Of a stretch of DNA of 58,568 nucleotides, positions 45,323 through 54,699 are shown piece by piece. Under the pieces are notes generated by a model, which was not told where the DNA came from, ran no database searches, and saw only the letters and a list, made by a program, of their open reading frames with translations. Each line of letters begins with the position of its first letter. Within the stretch, counting starts at the first letter, position 1. Position numbers and translations under genes: made by a program. Source of the DNA: Christensenellaceae bacterium (GTDB lineage Bacteria > Bacillota > Clostridia > Christensenellales > DTU072); the NCBI GenBank assembly GCA_031288735.1, contig JAITQU010000114.1:1-58568 (forward strand). The letters run 5' to 3'.

Positions 45323-47242
45323 ATGGATGATGGATATTACCTTTCTACATATACACATATTGATTCGCTGGGACATTTGTATCGACTATCTTTACGTCAT
45401 GACCAAAGTATGGCTCTCTGGAAAAAAGATGGTGAAAAAATTCGTCTTATACGTTATTGGGAATTTGAGAGAATATCAGGGTTAAAAAAACACGATTTAT
45501 CTTTCTATTCTCAAGAGCAAGCATGTACTGCAATCAATACAATGTTGCTTTCATTTGGACTTTCGCTTAAAGATATGCAAGCTGTTTGGGGCACACCAGG
45601 TTTAGAACTGGTAGGACAAATTTCTTACTATAATTCCGAAAATCCATGCCCGTTACACAGTTTATGTCATTTGTTTTCTGGTATGCTAACTGATAGTGAA
45701 ACTTTTTATAAAAAGAAAATTTTAGCTTTAGCTTTAGACGGAGGGCCAGATAACGTTATAGATCAAGGTGCAAGGGAAAAACAATTTTACTGGGGTGCGT
45801 TTGTTGACCGAGGGGGTATTTCCTATTTTGAAGTTCCATCTCCGGGTGCTTTTTGGAGTTTAGCGCGATTTGAACTTGGTATGGAAGAGGGGTCAATGAT
45901 GGCTCTGGGTAGTGCCGTAACTTCTCATCTACCCAATGAAAAGAGTCTTGCTGCAAAGGCGCCTATTGTTTTAAATGGAAAAGGATTTGATGCCGCTTAT
46001 CGCTGGCTGAAAAAAATAATCGAGGTAACTAGGATGTTAAGTGCTGATGAGATTTTAGAGTATGATCCACGGTTTTCTCTGGAAGATAACCAAATCGGCA
46101 TCATAATAAAAGTTATTCAACGAGCATCGTTTAATATTTTAGAAGATATTGTTGCAAAGGCGGTAAAGCAGTATAATCTTGATCCGTCTGAAGTAATTTT
46201 GAGCATGTCCGGCGGATTTGCACTAAATTGTCCGGCAAATAGTCATTTAATGAAAAAATTTGGTTTTCAAAGTTTTCAAACTTGTCCATGTGTGAGCGAT
46301 AGCGGGATTGCGTTGGGCATGGGTCTGTTTGAGTTTTATGCACAAATGGAGACATTCCAGTTTCGTTTAGAAAATGCCTATTATGGATGTGAAGATCGCC
46401 GTACGATTTCTGAATTAACCAACATGTGGGGGTGTTATATCCATTCTGTCAGTACATTTGATCGAGAAAAATTTGTAGTAGATTTAACATCATCTCCTCT
46501 TATTTGGTTCGATGGTGCTGCTGAGATTGGTCCGAGAGCTCTTGGTGCACGTAGTATTTTGGGAGATCCACGTACTCATAAAACAAAAGATCGACTCAAT
46601 GAGGTCAAACAGCGGGAATGGTGGCGACCTGTCGCTCCAATTGTTTTGGATCAAGAGCAACACAATTGGTTTGAAAATGCATTCTCATCGCCTTATATGC
46701 TTTGTACAAGTAAAGTAAAAGCAGAAAAAGCAAAACAGGTCGTGGCAGCACTGCATCTGGATAGGTCGGTTAGACTCCAGTCCATAAAACAAGAGAACAA
46801 TCCTCGTCTATATGATGCTATTTTGGCTTTTTATGAAGCAACGGGGATACCTCTTATTTGCAATACATCACTCAATGATAAAGGTGAACCCATCATAGAT
46901 CTTTTTGAGGAATGTATCAACTTTGCATTGCGCAAATGTATTTTTATTGTATATTTTAATGGTATGAGAATAGAACTAAAAAATTCAGAAAAATATTCAA
47001 AAAAAGAACCACTTCTACGTAATATTTTACTGTTTGATCCACTGAACAAAGAAGATATAGAAACTGCAAAAAAACAGTGGAACCCACATGGACTTACTCA
47101 TAAACAGGTAGATTTGTACTTGAATATACCAGAATTTAGAAACTATGATATCCGCAGCGAAAAGGATGTGCGTATGCTTGTCAGAATACTTGCACAGTGG
47201 GCGAGACTTAATGACACAGTTTGGAAAGCAATGCTTACATAA
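45323..47242 (+). CDS. NodU/CmcH/TobZ-family carbamoyltransferase
   Basis: The N-terminal RHDQSMALWKKDG carries the HDxxxA metal-site context. The C-terminal motifs are EIGPRALGARSILGDPR, REWWRPVAPIVL, HLDRSVRLQSI and ICNTSLNDKGEPI. Confidence 0.9.
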   Translation: MDDGYYLSTYTHIDSLGHLYRLSLRHDQSMALWKKDGEKIRLIRYWEFERISGLKKHDLSFYSQEQACTAINTMLLSFGLSLKDMQAVWGTPGLELVGQISYYNSENPCPLHSLCHLFSGMLTDSETFYKKKILALALDGGPDNVIDQGAREKQFYWGAFVDRGGISYFEVPSPGAFWSLARFELGMEEGSMMALGSAVTSHLPNEKSLAAKAPIVLNGKGFDAAYRWLKKIIEVTRMLSADEILEYDPRFSLEDNQIGIIIKVIQRASFNILEDIVAKAVKQYNLDPSEVILSMSGGFALNCPANSHLMKKFGFQSFQTCPCVSDSGIALGMGLFEFYAQMETFQFRLENAYYGCEDRRTISELTNMWGCYIHSVSTFDREKFVVDLTSSPLIWFDGAAEIGPRALGARSILGDPRTHKTKDRLNEVKQREWWRPVAPIVLDQEQHNWFENAFSSPYMLCTSKVKAEKAKQVVAALHLDRSVRLQSIKQENNPRLYDAILAFYEATGIPLICNTSLNDKGEPIIDLFEECINFALRKCIFIVYFNGMRIELKNSEKYSKKEPLLRNILLFDPLNKEDIETAKKQWNPHGLTHKQVDLYLNIPEFRNYDIRSEKDVRMLVRILAQWARLNDTVWKAMLT

Positions 47243-47278
47243 TGCTCAAATTCTTAAAAGAGAAAGGAGAGGCGAGGT

Positions 47279-48031
47279 ATGGAGCAAATTAAATCGCATA
47301 ATTTAAATTGGGATCACTATGCGCATGGGTACAGTTCGGATATAGAAAGTCAAATGGATGATTTTCACCGTAATGCTTGGGTAAAACTGTTTAGTGAATA
47401 TATGGACAAAAATTTACCTCTTGATATTTTAGATGTTGGTACTGGTCCAGGATTTTTTCCCATGATACTGGGTGAACAAGGTCACCGAGTTACAGGAATT
47501 GATTTTTCCGCATCTATGCTGAGGGAAGCAGAAAAAAATACTAAAAAGCGAGCAGTTTCTTGTACGCTACTGCAAATGGATGCTGCGCAGTTGAGTTTTT
47601 CAGATGCATCTTTTGATTTTGTTGTTTGCCGAAATATGGCATATTCGCTAGCAGAGCCAGAGTTGGCTTACAGTGAATGGATACGTGTGCTTCGACAAAA
47701 TGGAACACTTCTGGTTTTTGATGCAAATTGGTTTCATTTTTTATTTGATACCGAAGAAAAAGCGAAAATCGATGAATTTTTAGAAGATTACCATGCACAA
47801 GTGGGCAAAGTTCATGAAACGTATGAGAAAGAGCGAGAATTATTTTTTGATCATATAAGCATACGTCCATTATCGCGTGTAAAACGTCCGGATTGGGATT
47901 GTAGTTTCCTAGAGTCTTTAGGTGCAAACGTTACTTTAGATAGCACAGTTGGAAACCGTGTTCATACTTCATTAGAAGTGTACACGCATACGCCAACACC
48001 ATTATTTTTAATAGAAGCTATCAAAAAATAA
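47279..48031 (+). CDS. Class I SAM-dependent methyltransferase
   Basis: Motif I is ILDVGTGPGFFPMILGEQGHRVTGIDFSASML, and the post-I and II regions include FDFVVCRNM. A GGAGAGG RBS is present. Confidence 0.85.
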   Translation: MEQIKSHNLNWDHYAHGYSSDIESQMDDFHRNAWVKLFSEYMDKNLPLDILDVGTGPGFFPMILGEQGHRVTGIDFSASMLREAEKNTKKRAVSCTLLQMDAAQLSFSDASFDFVVCRNMAYSLAEPELAYSEWIRVLRQNGTLLVFDANWFHFLFDTEEKAKIDEFLEDYHAQVGKVHETYEKERELFFDHISIRPLSRVKRPDWDCSFLESLGANVTLDSTVGNRVHTSLEVYTHTPTPLFLIEAIKK

Positions 48032-48101
48032 AAACATTTTAAATGAAACTATTTGAACAAGTGGAGGAATTATACTGAAAATACTGATAGTTCGTACGGC
48101 T

Positions 48102-49631
48102 ATGCAAGAAGATATGGAAATAGAGGAGCCATTAGGAGTTTTATATTTAGTTGGCTATATAAAGGATTATGTTCAAAATGCACTAATCGATTTGATAGAT
48201 GCTCACGTGACACGAGAAGCTCCTAAAATGGTTGCAGAACAAACAAGGCAGAAAAATTATGATTTTATACTGATCTCTACATTATCCATTGGAAGCGGCT
48301 ATGCATATGAATTAATCAAATGGATTCGTCAAAGTTCTAAAACTACTATTATCATGGGGGGTCCACATGTTACGGCATTACCTGAAGAATGTCTTAGGGC
48401 CGGGGCAGATTATTGTGTAATTGGTGAAGGGGAGGCAACTGTAACCAATTTATTGAAAATATTAATAAAAGGGGAAGATCCTAGCTCGGTAGATGGAATT
48501 GCCTTTTTTAGTGAAGGTAGTGTGATCCGTACGCGTCAGAGAGAATTAATTGATTTAAAAGTATTAAATTTTCCTGATTTTTCGCTATTGCCATCAGACT
48601 CCACGTATAAAACCAGTATTCATATACAAAACAGTAATGAAAAAGCTCTTCCAATTATGGCTTCTCGCGGGTGCGTTAATGATTGTCCGTTTTGTAGTTC
48701 TAAACTGACATGGCGTAGAAAACTTCGATTTCGTACTGTGGGTAGTGTGGTAAATGAGATAGAGTTTATAGTTATGAAATATAGTGTGCACCATTTTCAC
48801 TTTCAAGATGATGACTTGCTATTAAACAGATCTTTTTTACGCTCTTTGTGTCAAGAAATCAAACGTCGTAAACTTGATATTAAATTTTGTTTTATAACAT
48901 CAGTTAAAGCCTTTCTCGCGCTAGCTGATGAAGAAGTAGAACTGCTTCAAGAATCTGGGATGCGAGTTATAGAAATTGGTATTGAAAGTTTAATACCTGA
49001 AGTACTCCAATACTTGAAAAAAACATATACGATTTATGATATTCCACTTCTTTCCAGCCGTATTTCTAAATTCAATATTGACGCACGTCCATTGATTATG
49101 TATTTGGTTCCAGGCGAAACCTATACAGGATATCGAAATCAGGCAAATCTATTTCAAGAAACTTTAGGTACAACTTCATATTTGAAGAAAAATTGGAATG
49201 TTAATCCTTTTGTTTTTACCACATATGCATCTGCGTATACGCCCTTACCTGGTACTGCATTTCATTGCACTGTGAATTCTTTGGGAATCCAACTGAAACA
49301 GTCACTCAAAGACTGTAGCACAGGTGTAATCTCTTTTCTTCCAAACTCACTTTTAGAAGATTGTCCTCAAAAGAGTGGAAAACTTTTATCAAAAAATATT
49401 CATGAGCTAATCAAACAAGCAAAACAACATTCATTTTTTCCGCTCAATATATGCTTAGAAGAATACCTAAATGTGGTGTGGGAAAAAATTGATGCTATAC
49501 GGACAACGAAAGAAATCGCAAATGAATTATATTCCATGTATTCGACAAAAATAACGTATCATCAAACATTAACTGCGACCACTTTGATTTTAATTATACT
49601 TGCGGAATCCGGATTTATTTTGTCTAATTAA
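48102..49631 (+). CDS. B12-binding-domain radical SAM enzyme (class B, likely C-methyltransferase-type)
   Basis: The radical SAM cluster motif is ASRGCVNDCPFCSS (CX3CX2C). It is preceded by a Rossmann-like cobalamin-binding N-terminal domain (EPLGVLYLVGYI ... IIMGGPHVTALPEE). The in-frame upstream sequence (L)KILIVRTA follows GGAGGA at 48063-48068, so the true start may be a non-ATG codon near 48072-48075. Confidence 0.85.
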   Translation: MQEDMEIEEPLGVLYLVGYIKDYVQNALIDLIDAHVTREAPKMVAEQTRQKNYDFILISTLSIGSGYAYELIKWIRQSSKTTIIMGGPHVTALPEECLRAGADYCVIGEGEATVTNLLKILIKGEDPSSVDGIAFFSEGSVIRTRQRELIDLKVLNFPDFSLLPSDSTYKTSIHIQNSNEKALPIMASRGCVNDCPFCSSKLTWRRKLRFRTVGSVVNEIEFIVMKYSVHHFHFQDDDLLLNRSFLRSLCQEIKRRKLDIKFCFITSVKAFLALADEEVELLQESGMRVIEIGIESLIPEVLQYLKKTYTIYDIPLLSSRISKFNIDARPLIMYLVPGETYTGYRNQANLFQETLGTTSYLKKNWNVNPFVFTTYASAYTPLPGTAFHCTVNSLGIQLKQSLKDCSTGVISFLPNSLLEDCPQKSGKLLSKNIHELIKQAKQHSFFPLNICLEEYLNVVWEKIDAIRTTKEIANELYSMYSTKITYHQTLTATTLILIILAESGFILSN

Positions 49632-49736
49632 AAAACAAACACCCCTACTTATTTTAAGACTTAAAATTATAATATAATACAAATTGGTAGTATTAAAGTT
49701 TGAAAAAACAAGAACATATAATCGGGAGCGATTTTT

Positions 49737-50339
49737 ATGTCAGATTACTACGTATACCGTGTTGACAATGGGCTTTACATCAATGTTACTAATCGTTGTT
49801 CTTGTAATTGTGTGTTTTGCGTACGGAAATCAAGCGATGGTATTAACCAAGGTGAAAGCTTATGGCTACAAAAGGAGCCGTCTCTGGAGGAAATTACACA
49901 AGATATCGTTACTGCTGACCCGACTGGTTATTACGAGGTTGTTTTTTGTGGATACGGTGAACCCACGGAATGTCTGGAAACAGTTCTTGATGTTGCTAAA
50001 TTCATTAAAAAAAATTATTGCATCCCTATTCGTCTCAATACAAATGGGTTAAGTGACTTAATCTACGGTTGCTCCACCGCTAAAGAGATGGAAGGGTTAA
50101 TTGACACAATTTCTATAAGTTTGAATGCACCTACCAAAGAAGAATATCTTTCCATATCTAACCCTCGTTTTGGTCTTGGTTCTTTTGATGCAATGTTGCA
50201 ATTTGCTCAAGACTGTAAAAAGTATATTCCTAATGTCTTATTTACTGTAGTAGATGTCATAGATTCTGAAAAAATTGAAACTTGTAAAAAATTAGCAGCT
50301 CAAATGAACATAGAGTGTCGAATCAGAACAAAGATATAG
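49737..50339 (+). CDS. Small radical SAM protein (about 200 aa; resembles the TatD-associated radical SAM family)
   Basis: YINVTNRCSCNCVFCVRK carries CX3CX2C. FCGYGEPTE and RLNTNG are also present. Composition still matches the island (24/60 GC at 49801-49860). Confidence 0.7.
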   Translation: MSDYYVYRVDNGLYINVTNRCSCNCVFCVRKSSDGINQGESLWLQKEPSLEEITQDIVTADPTGYYEVVFCGYGEPTECLETVLDVAKFIKKNYCIPIRLNTNGLSDLIYGCSTAKEMEGLIDTISISLNAPTKEEYLSISNPRFGLGSFDAMLQFAQDCKKYIPNVLFTVVDVIDSEKIETCKKLAAQMNIECRIRTKI

Positions 50340-50471
50340 TTAGATTTTTATTTAAAAATCATTTAGAGTTGTATCTAAACTTTCATAGCTTAAATCGGAT
50401 TTTAAAATTTTCATTGTTAAATTTGATAGTTCCGTAAATGGTTATAAGTACGAAGAGGAGTGTGATTTGAA

Positions 50472-51740
50472 ATGAAGTTTAAAAAAACAGTTGCATTATT
50501 TATGTGCCTGCTATCAGTTAATCAATTAATAATGTCTAGTGTGTACGCTTTTGAGCCTACACAATTTGTAGATGTTAAAGGTAAAGATATTTCTTGGGCA
50601 AAGGATGGTGCAGGTAGTAATGTTAGAATAATAAATTACGGTATCTATAAAAAATATTTTAAAGAATGCAAAAAAAAAGTAGATCTGCATTTTGAAGTAC
50701 AAAGAATTGTTAATGATTATTTTTGTGAATGTTTACATGACGTTTTGTCAGAAAATAGGCAGCTTATATTGGACACTTTATCGGATGAGAGCAATTTCGA
50801 AAAATTTGTTAATATGGGATTTTTATGGGATAAAAAATCTAACGTGTCAAAACACGTAAGGGGTGAAGTAGATAGTGGTTTTTTGGGAATAAACAATCAT
50901 ATTTTCGAAAAATCAAAAATCAGTTCAAAAGATTTTTTTTCATATTCATCACGAGAATTCTATACTAGGCAATATTCTTTTAATATTGAAGAAGGAACAT
51001 TTCAAACAACACGAGCTATGAAGTCACTAGGAACATATAAACTTGCACAACATCTCGGTATTGAAGATGTAATTGTAAAAACAGAACCAGTAAAACTTCT
51101 GACAGATTATAGCGAAAAATTCGGAATTTTGACAGATGAAGCAGATGGCGTATATGTTTCTGAGCTTTACACTATGGAATTAGAGATTTCTCCTAAATTT
51201 CAACTTGAATTGACGAATTTGCAAATTTTAGACTCAATTACTGGTGAGCATGACCACAACCCGTCTAATTACCGAATTAAGGTTAAAGGTAATAAACTTA
51301 TTGGCGTATCTGCATTTGATAATGAAGAATGTTTTTTCGGAAAAAAAGAAGATTGCTATTGGATTGCTCCCGAACTGACAAATCTCGATTTGAAAAAAAC
51401 AGGTCTATGCTATAATTCAATTTCTCCAATAGTAACTAATGATAACAAAGTAAACTTACCACACATGAGCAGATTTTTAGCAGAAAAAATTTTAAACACC
51501 GAAGATAATGATATTGATAATATTCTTGGTGACATACTCGCTAAAGAGCAAATCTTTAGTGTAAAAAATAGACTTAAAACTTTAAAATTAGCGATAATTA
51601 ATACTATAAAGGATAATAATGATTTTTTATTATCTGACGAACAGTGGTCTTACAAAACAATATCAAAGGAACTTTCAGGAGATTATGGGAACACTTATTT
51701 AAATTATTTTTGTAAAACACTGTACGATCGAGATGTATAA
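50472..51740 (+). CDS. Secreted hypothetical protein with a PI3/4-kinase-like catalytic-loop pattern
   Basis: The N-terminal signal peptide is MKFKKTVALFMCLLSVNQLIMSSVYA. An internal LDSITGEHDHNPSNYRIK ... SAFDNEECFF (51219-51340) is present. A GAGGAG RBS precedes the start. Composition is AT-rich and backbone-like. Confidence 0.6.
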   Translation: MKFKKTVALFMCLLSVNQLIMSSVYAFEPTQFVDVKGKDISWAKDGAGSNVRIINYGIYKKYFKECKKKVDLHFEVQRIVNDYFCECLHDVLSENRQLILDTLSDESNFEKFVNMGFLWDKKSNVSKHVRGEVDSGFLGINNHIFEKSKISSKDFFSYSSREFYTRQYSFNIEEGTFQTTRAMKSLGTYKLAQHLGIEDVIVKTEPVKLLTDYSEKFGILTDEADGVYVSELYTMELEISPKFQLELTNLQILDSITGEHDHNPSNYRIKVKGNKLIGVSAFDNEECFFGKKEDCYWIAPELTNLDLKKTGLCYNSISPIVTNDNKVNLPHMSRFLAEKILNTEDNDIDNILGDILAKEQIFSVKNRLKTLKLAIINTIKDNNDFLLSDEQWSYKTISKELSGDYGNTYLNYFCKTLYDRDV

Positions 51741-52642
51741 TGATAAGTATAATTATTCCAGTTTACAATGCAGAGAAATATATAGATAGATGCGTTAAAA
51801 GCATTGTCGAGCAAACATATGATAATCTTGAAATTTTATTGCTAAATGATGAATCAAAAGATAATAGTTTGCAAAAATGTACTAGCTGGGAGAAAACAGA
51901 TTCTAGAATTAGATTAATAAATAAAAAACATGGAGGTGTTTCATCTGCAAGAAATCTTGGGTTAGAATTTGTTCGCGGAGAATATACTATGTTTGTAGAT
52001 TCAGATGATTGGATTGAACATAAAACATGTGAAATATGTTTGCAAAAGATTACTCAGTATAAAGCTCAGTTGTGTATTTACGGACACAATACGGTGGATA
52101 TGAATGAGACATTAATTGAGAAATGTAAGTATAATTGTGAAAAATTTTTTCCTTCAAAACAGTTGCCTTTATGTGAATTTATTAAGTTAAGAAATATCGA
52201 TTGTATTGATTCGACCTGGGGGAAGTTATATCAAACAGAATTGGTAAAAGAAAGAAGATTTGATACAGAATTAAATTTAGGAGAAGATTTGAGCTATAAT
52301 CTCCAGCTTCTATTTGAAAGTTCTATTGTAATAATTCCAGAACTTTTTTATACATATTATCAGCATTCGGAGAGTTTGATAAATGGGTTTGTGCCTTCAA
52401 GAAGCTGTGATATAATTAAGATAATAAAAGAGTTATATGCTTACTTTTTGCGTTACTACCCCAGCGGTGAATGGCGAGTATATTTATATCAGTGTATCTG
52501 TAATGAGGTCGCATGGGCATGTTCTAGACTTCATACTAAATATAAATCTTTGAGTGATCGTGAAATTATGGATTATTTTATGCCTATTGTTAAGGATGAC
52601 TTTATATGGAATTATATACAAAAATCGGGAAACATTGATTGA
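51740..52642 (+). CDS. Family 2 glycosyltransferase
   Basis: ISIIIPVYNAEKYIDRCVKSIVEQTY, LLNDESKDNS and the DxD motif in FVDSDDW are present. The start overlaps the previous stop (TAATG). Confidence 0.85.
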   Translation: MISIIIPVYNAEKYIDRCVKSIVEQTYDNLEILLLNDESKDNSLQKCTSWEKTDSRIRLINKKHGGVSSARNLGLEFVRGEYTMFVDSDDWIEHKTCEICLQKITQYKAQLCIYGHNTVDMNETLIEKCKYNCEKFFPSKQLPLCEFIKLRNIDCIDSTWGKLYQTELVKERRFDTELNLGEDLSYNLQLLFESSIVIIPELFYTYYQHSESLINGFVPSRSCDIIKIIKELYAYFLRYYPSGEWRVYLYQCICNEVAWACSRLHTKYKSLSDREIMDYFMPIVKDDFIWNYIQKSGNID

Positions 52643-52712
52643 AAATGGTGTTTGCTGGTAATTATTTTGGTTGAAAGTGATCTGTTAAATTATTGAGAAA
52701 GGAGTAAGTAGC

Positions 52713-54443
52713 TTGAAGTATAACAAATTAAAAAGGCTTATCTCATACTACAAGCCCTACAAGAAGTTACTTTTTTTTGATTTGTTTTTTGCTGCTATGG
52801 CTTCAATTATTACTATAATTATACCGATCATTTTAAGATATATAACAAATGAAGTTGTTTTTTTAGATAGGAATATTGCTTTTCAAAAAATTCTTGTGTT
52901 GTCGGTTGTAATATTATTTTTATTGACAATATTATATGGGTGTAATTACTACATACTTTATTATGGACATATTATGGGTGCAAAAATAGAAAATGATATG
53001 CGTAATGAAATTTTTATAGCTTATCAAAAATTTTCGTACAAGTTTTATGACAACAGAAAAGTTGGAGAACTAATATCCAGGATTACAACTGACCTATTTA
53101 ATATTACTGATCTTTTGCACCGTTTTCCAGAACAAATTTTAATATTGATTACTAGATTTTCAGGAGTCCTCATAGTGTTCTGCACAATTAACTGGAGGCT
53201 TGCAATAATAGCAGCTGTACTTGTTCCTACTACATGCTTTCATATATCTCGGTTTATGCCGAAACTTTCCCACTCTTTTAAGAAGCTTTTTAGCGTACAA
53301 GCAGAAATAAACTCGCAAATTGAAGACAGCCTTTCTGGAATACGTGTTGTTAAATCTTTTGCAAATGAAAGCTTAGAGATAAAGAAATTTAAAAATGCTA
53401 ATGAAAATTTTGTGGGTAGCAAAAAAGAAGCATTAAAAATCACAGGTTGGGGTTTTGCAGGAATGTTTACATTAGTTTCTTTATACAGCCCCTTAATTGT
53501 TATTACGGGTGCTGTTTTGATTTTGAATGATATCTTACCGCTTGCGGATTTGATGACTTTTATACTTTATGAATTCATTTTAATAGAACCTTTATTTTCG
53601 TGTCTGGGTCTTTGTGAAAATATGGGCCAATCGATTGCAGGATACAATAGATTTATTGAAATTTTAGAGACTAAATCAGAAATTACTGATAAACCTGATG
53701 CTCTTGAATTTGAAAGTTTTAGCGGTGCTATCTCATTTCAAAATGTTACATTTAAATACGAGGCTACAGGTAAAAATATTTTAAAAAACTTTAATCTTAA
53801 CATAAAATCTGGTGAGTACATAGCTTTGGTAGGTTCATCAGGTGTTGGAAAATCTACGGTTTGTAGTTTGATCCCAAGATTTTATGATGTTTTAGAAGGT
53901 AAAATTACAATTGATGGAATTGACATTAAAGATATCCAAATTAAGAGTTTGCGTAAAAACATTGGAATTGTTCAACAGGAACTGTATTTGTTTTCTGGAA
54001 CTATAATGGAAAATATTAAATACGGTAAGCCTGAAGCTACTAGAGATGAAGTGATAAAAGCAGCTAAACATGCATATGCTCATGATTTTATAATGAATTT
54101 TCCAGATGGTTATGATACATATGTCGGTTCAAAAGGACTGAAGTTATCTGGTGGACAAAAGCAAAGGCTTTCAATTGCAAGAGTGTTTCTAAAAAATCCA
54201 CCGATTTTAATTTTCGATGAAGCTACTTCTAGCCTTGATAATGAGAGTGAAAGATGTATAAAGGAATCACTTGAAAATTTAACTAAAAATCGTACCACTA
54301 TTGTTATTGCACACAGACTTTCAACAATCAAGAACGCACAAAAAATTCTGGTTCTTTCCGATGGGGAAATAGCTGAAGAAGGTACTCATGATGAATTGCT
54401 TTTAAAAAACGGTGTATATGCGGAATTTTATAAACTTTTATAA
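52713..54443 (+). CDS. ABC exporter, fused permease/ATPase (MsbA/type I exporter-like)
   Basis: The N-terminal half has six TM segments. Walker A is GSSGVGKST, the signature is LSGGQKQRLSIAR, Walker B is ILIFDEATSSLD and the H-loop is IAHRLS. The start is a TTG after a GGAG RBS. Confidence 0.9.
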   Translation: MKYNKLKRLISYYKPYKKLLFFDLFFAAMASIITIIIPIILRYITNEVVFLDRNIAFQKILVLSVVILFLLTILYGCNYYILYYGHIMGAKIENDMRNEIFIAYQKFSYKFYDNRKVGELISRITTDLFNITDLLHRFPEQILILITRFSGVLIVFCTINWRLAIIAAVLVPTTCFHISRFMPKLSHSFKKLFSVQAEINSQIEDSLSGIRVVKSFANESLEIKKFKNANENFVGSKKEALKITGWGFAGMFTLVSLYSPLIVITGAVLILNDILPLADLMTFILYEFILIEPLFSCLGLCENMGQSIAGYNRFIEILETKSEITDKPDALEFESFSGAISFQNVTFKYEATGKNILKNFNLNIKSGEYIALVGSSGVGKSTVCSLIPRFYDVLEGKITIDGIDIKDIQIKSLRKNIGIVQQELYLFSGTIMENIKYGKPEATRDEVIKAAKHAYAHDFIMNFPDGYDTYVGSKGLKLSGGQKQRLSIARVFLKNPPILIFDEATSSLDNESERCIKESLENLTKNRTTIVIAHRLSTIKNAQKILVLSDGEIAEEGTHDELLLKNGVYAEFYKLL

Positions 54444-54699
54444 GTGCTTTGAGTTAAGTGTACAAGTAGGATAGTACACATGAAAGTAATGATAAAATCT
54501 TATTGTCGTCGTGACCGTTTACTCTCCCCTTAATGAAGATGGCATAGTGGTGGTTTAACTTTCATCGATAAATATTTTCATGCGTTTTGCGGGCGATTGT
54601 ATTTAAAATATCAAAGACATATTGGACTAAAATGATAAAATGAAGCAAAAGGTGCTTTTGGGTCTTTTGTAGATTTCAGGGTTCAATATGATATTACAG

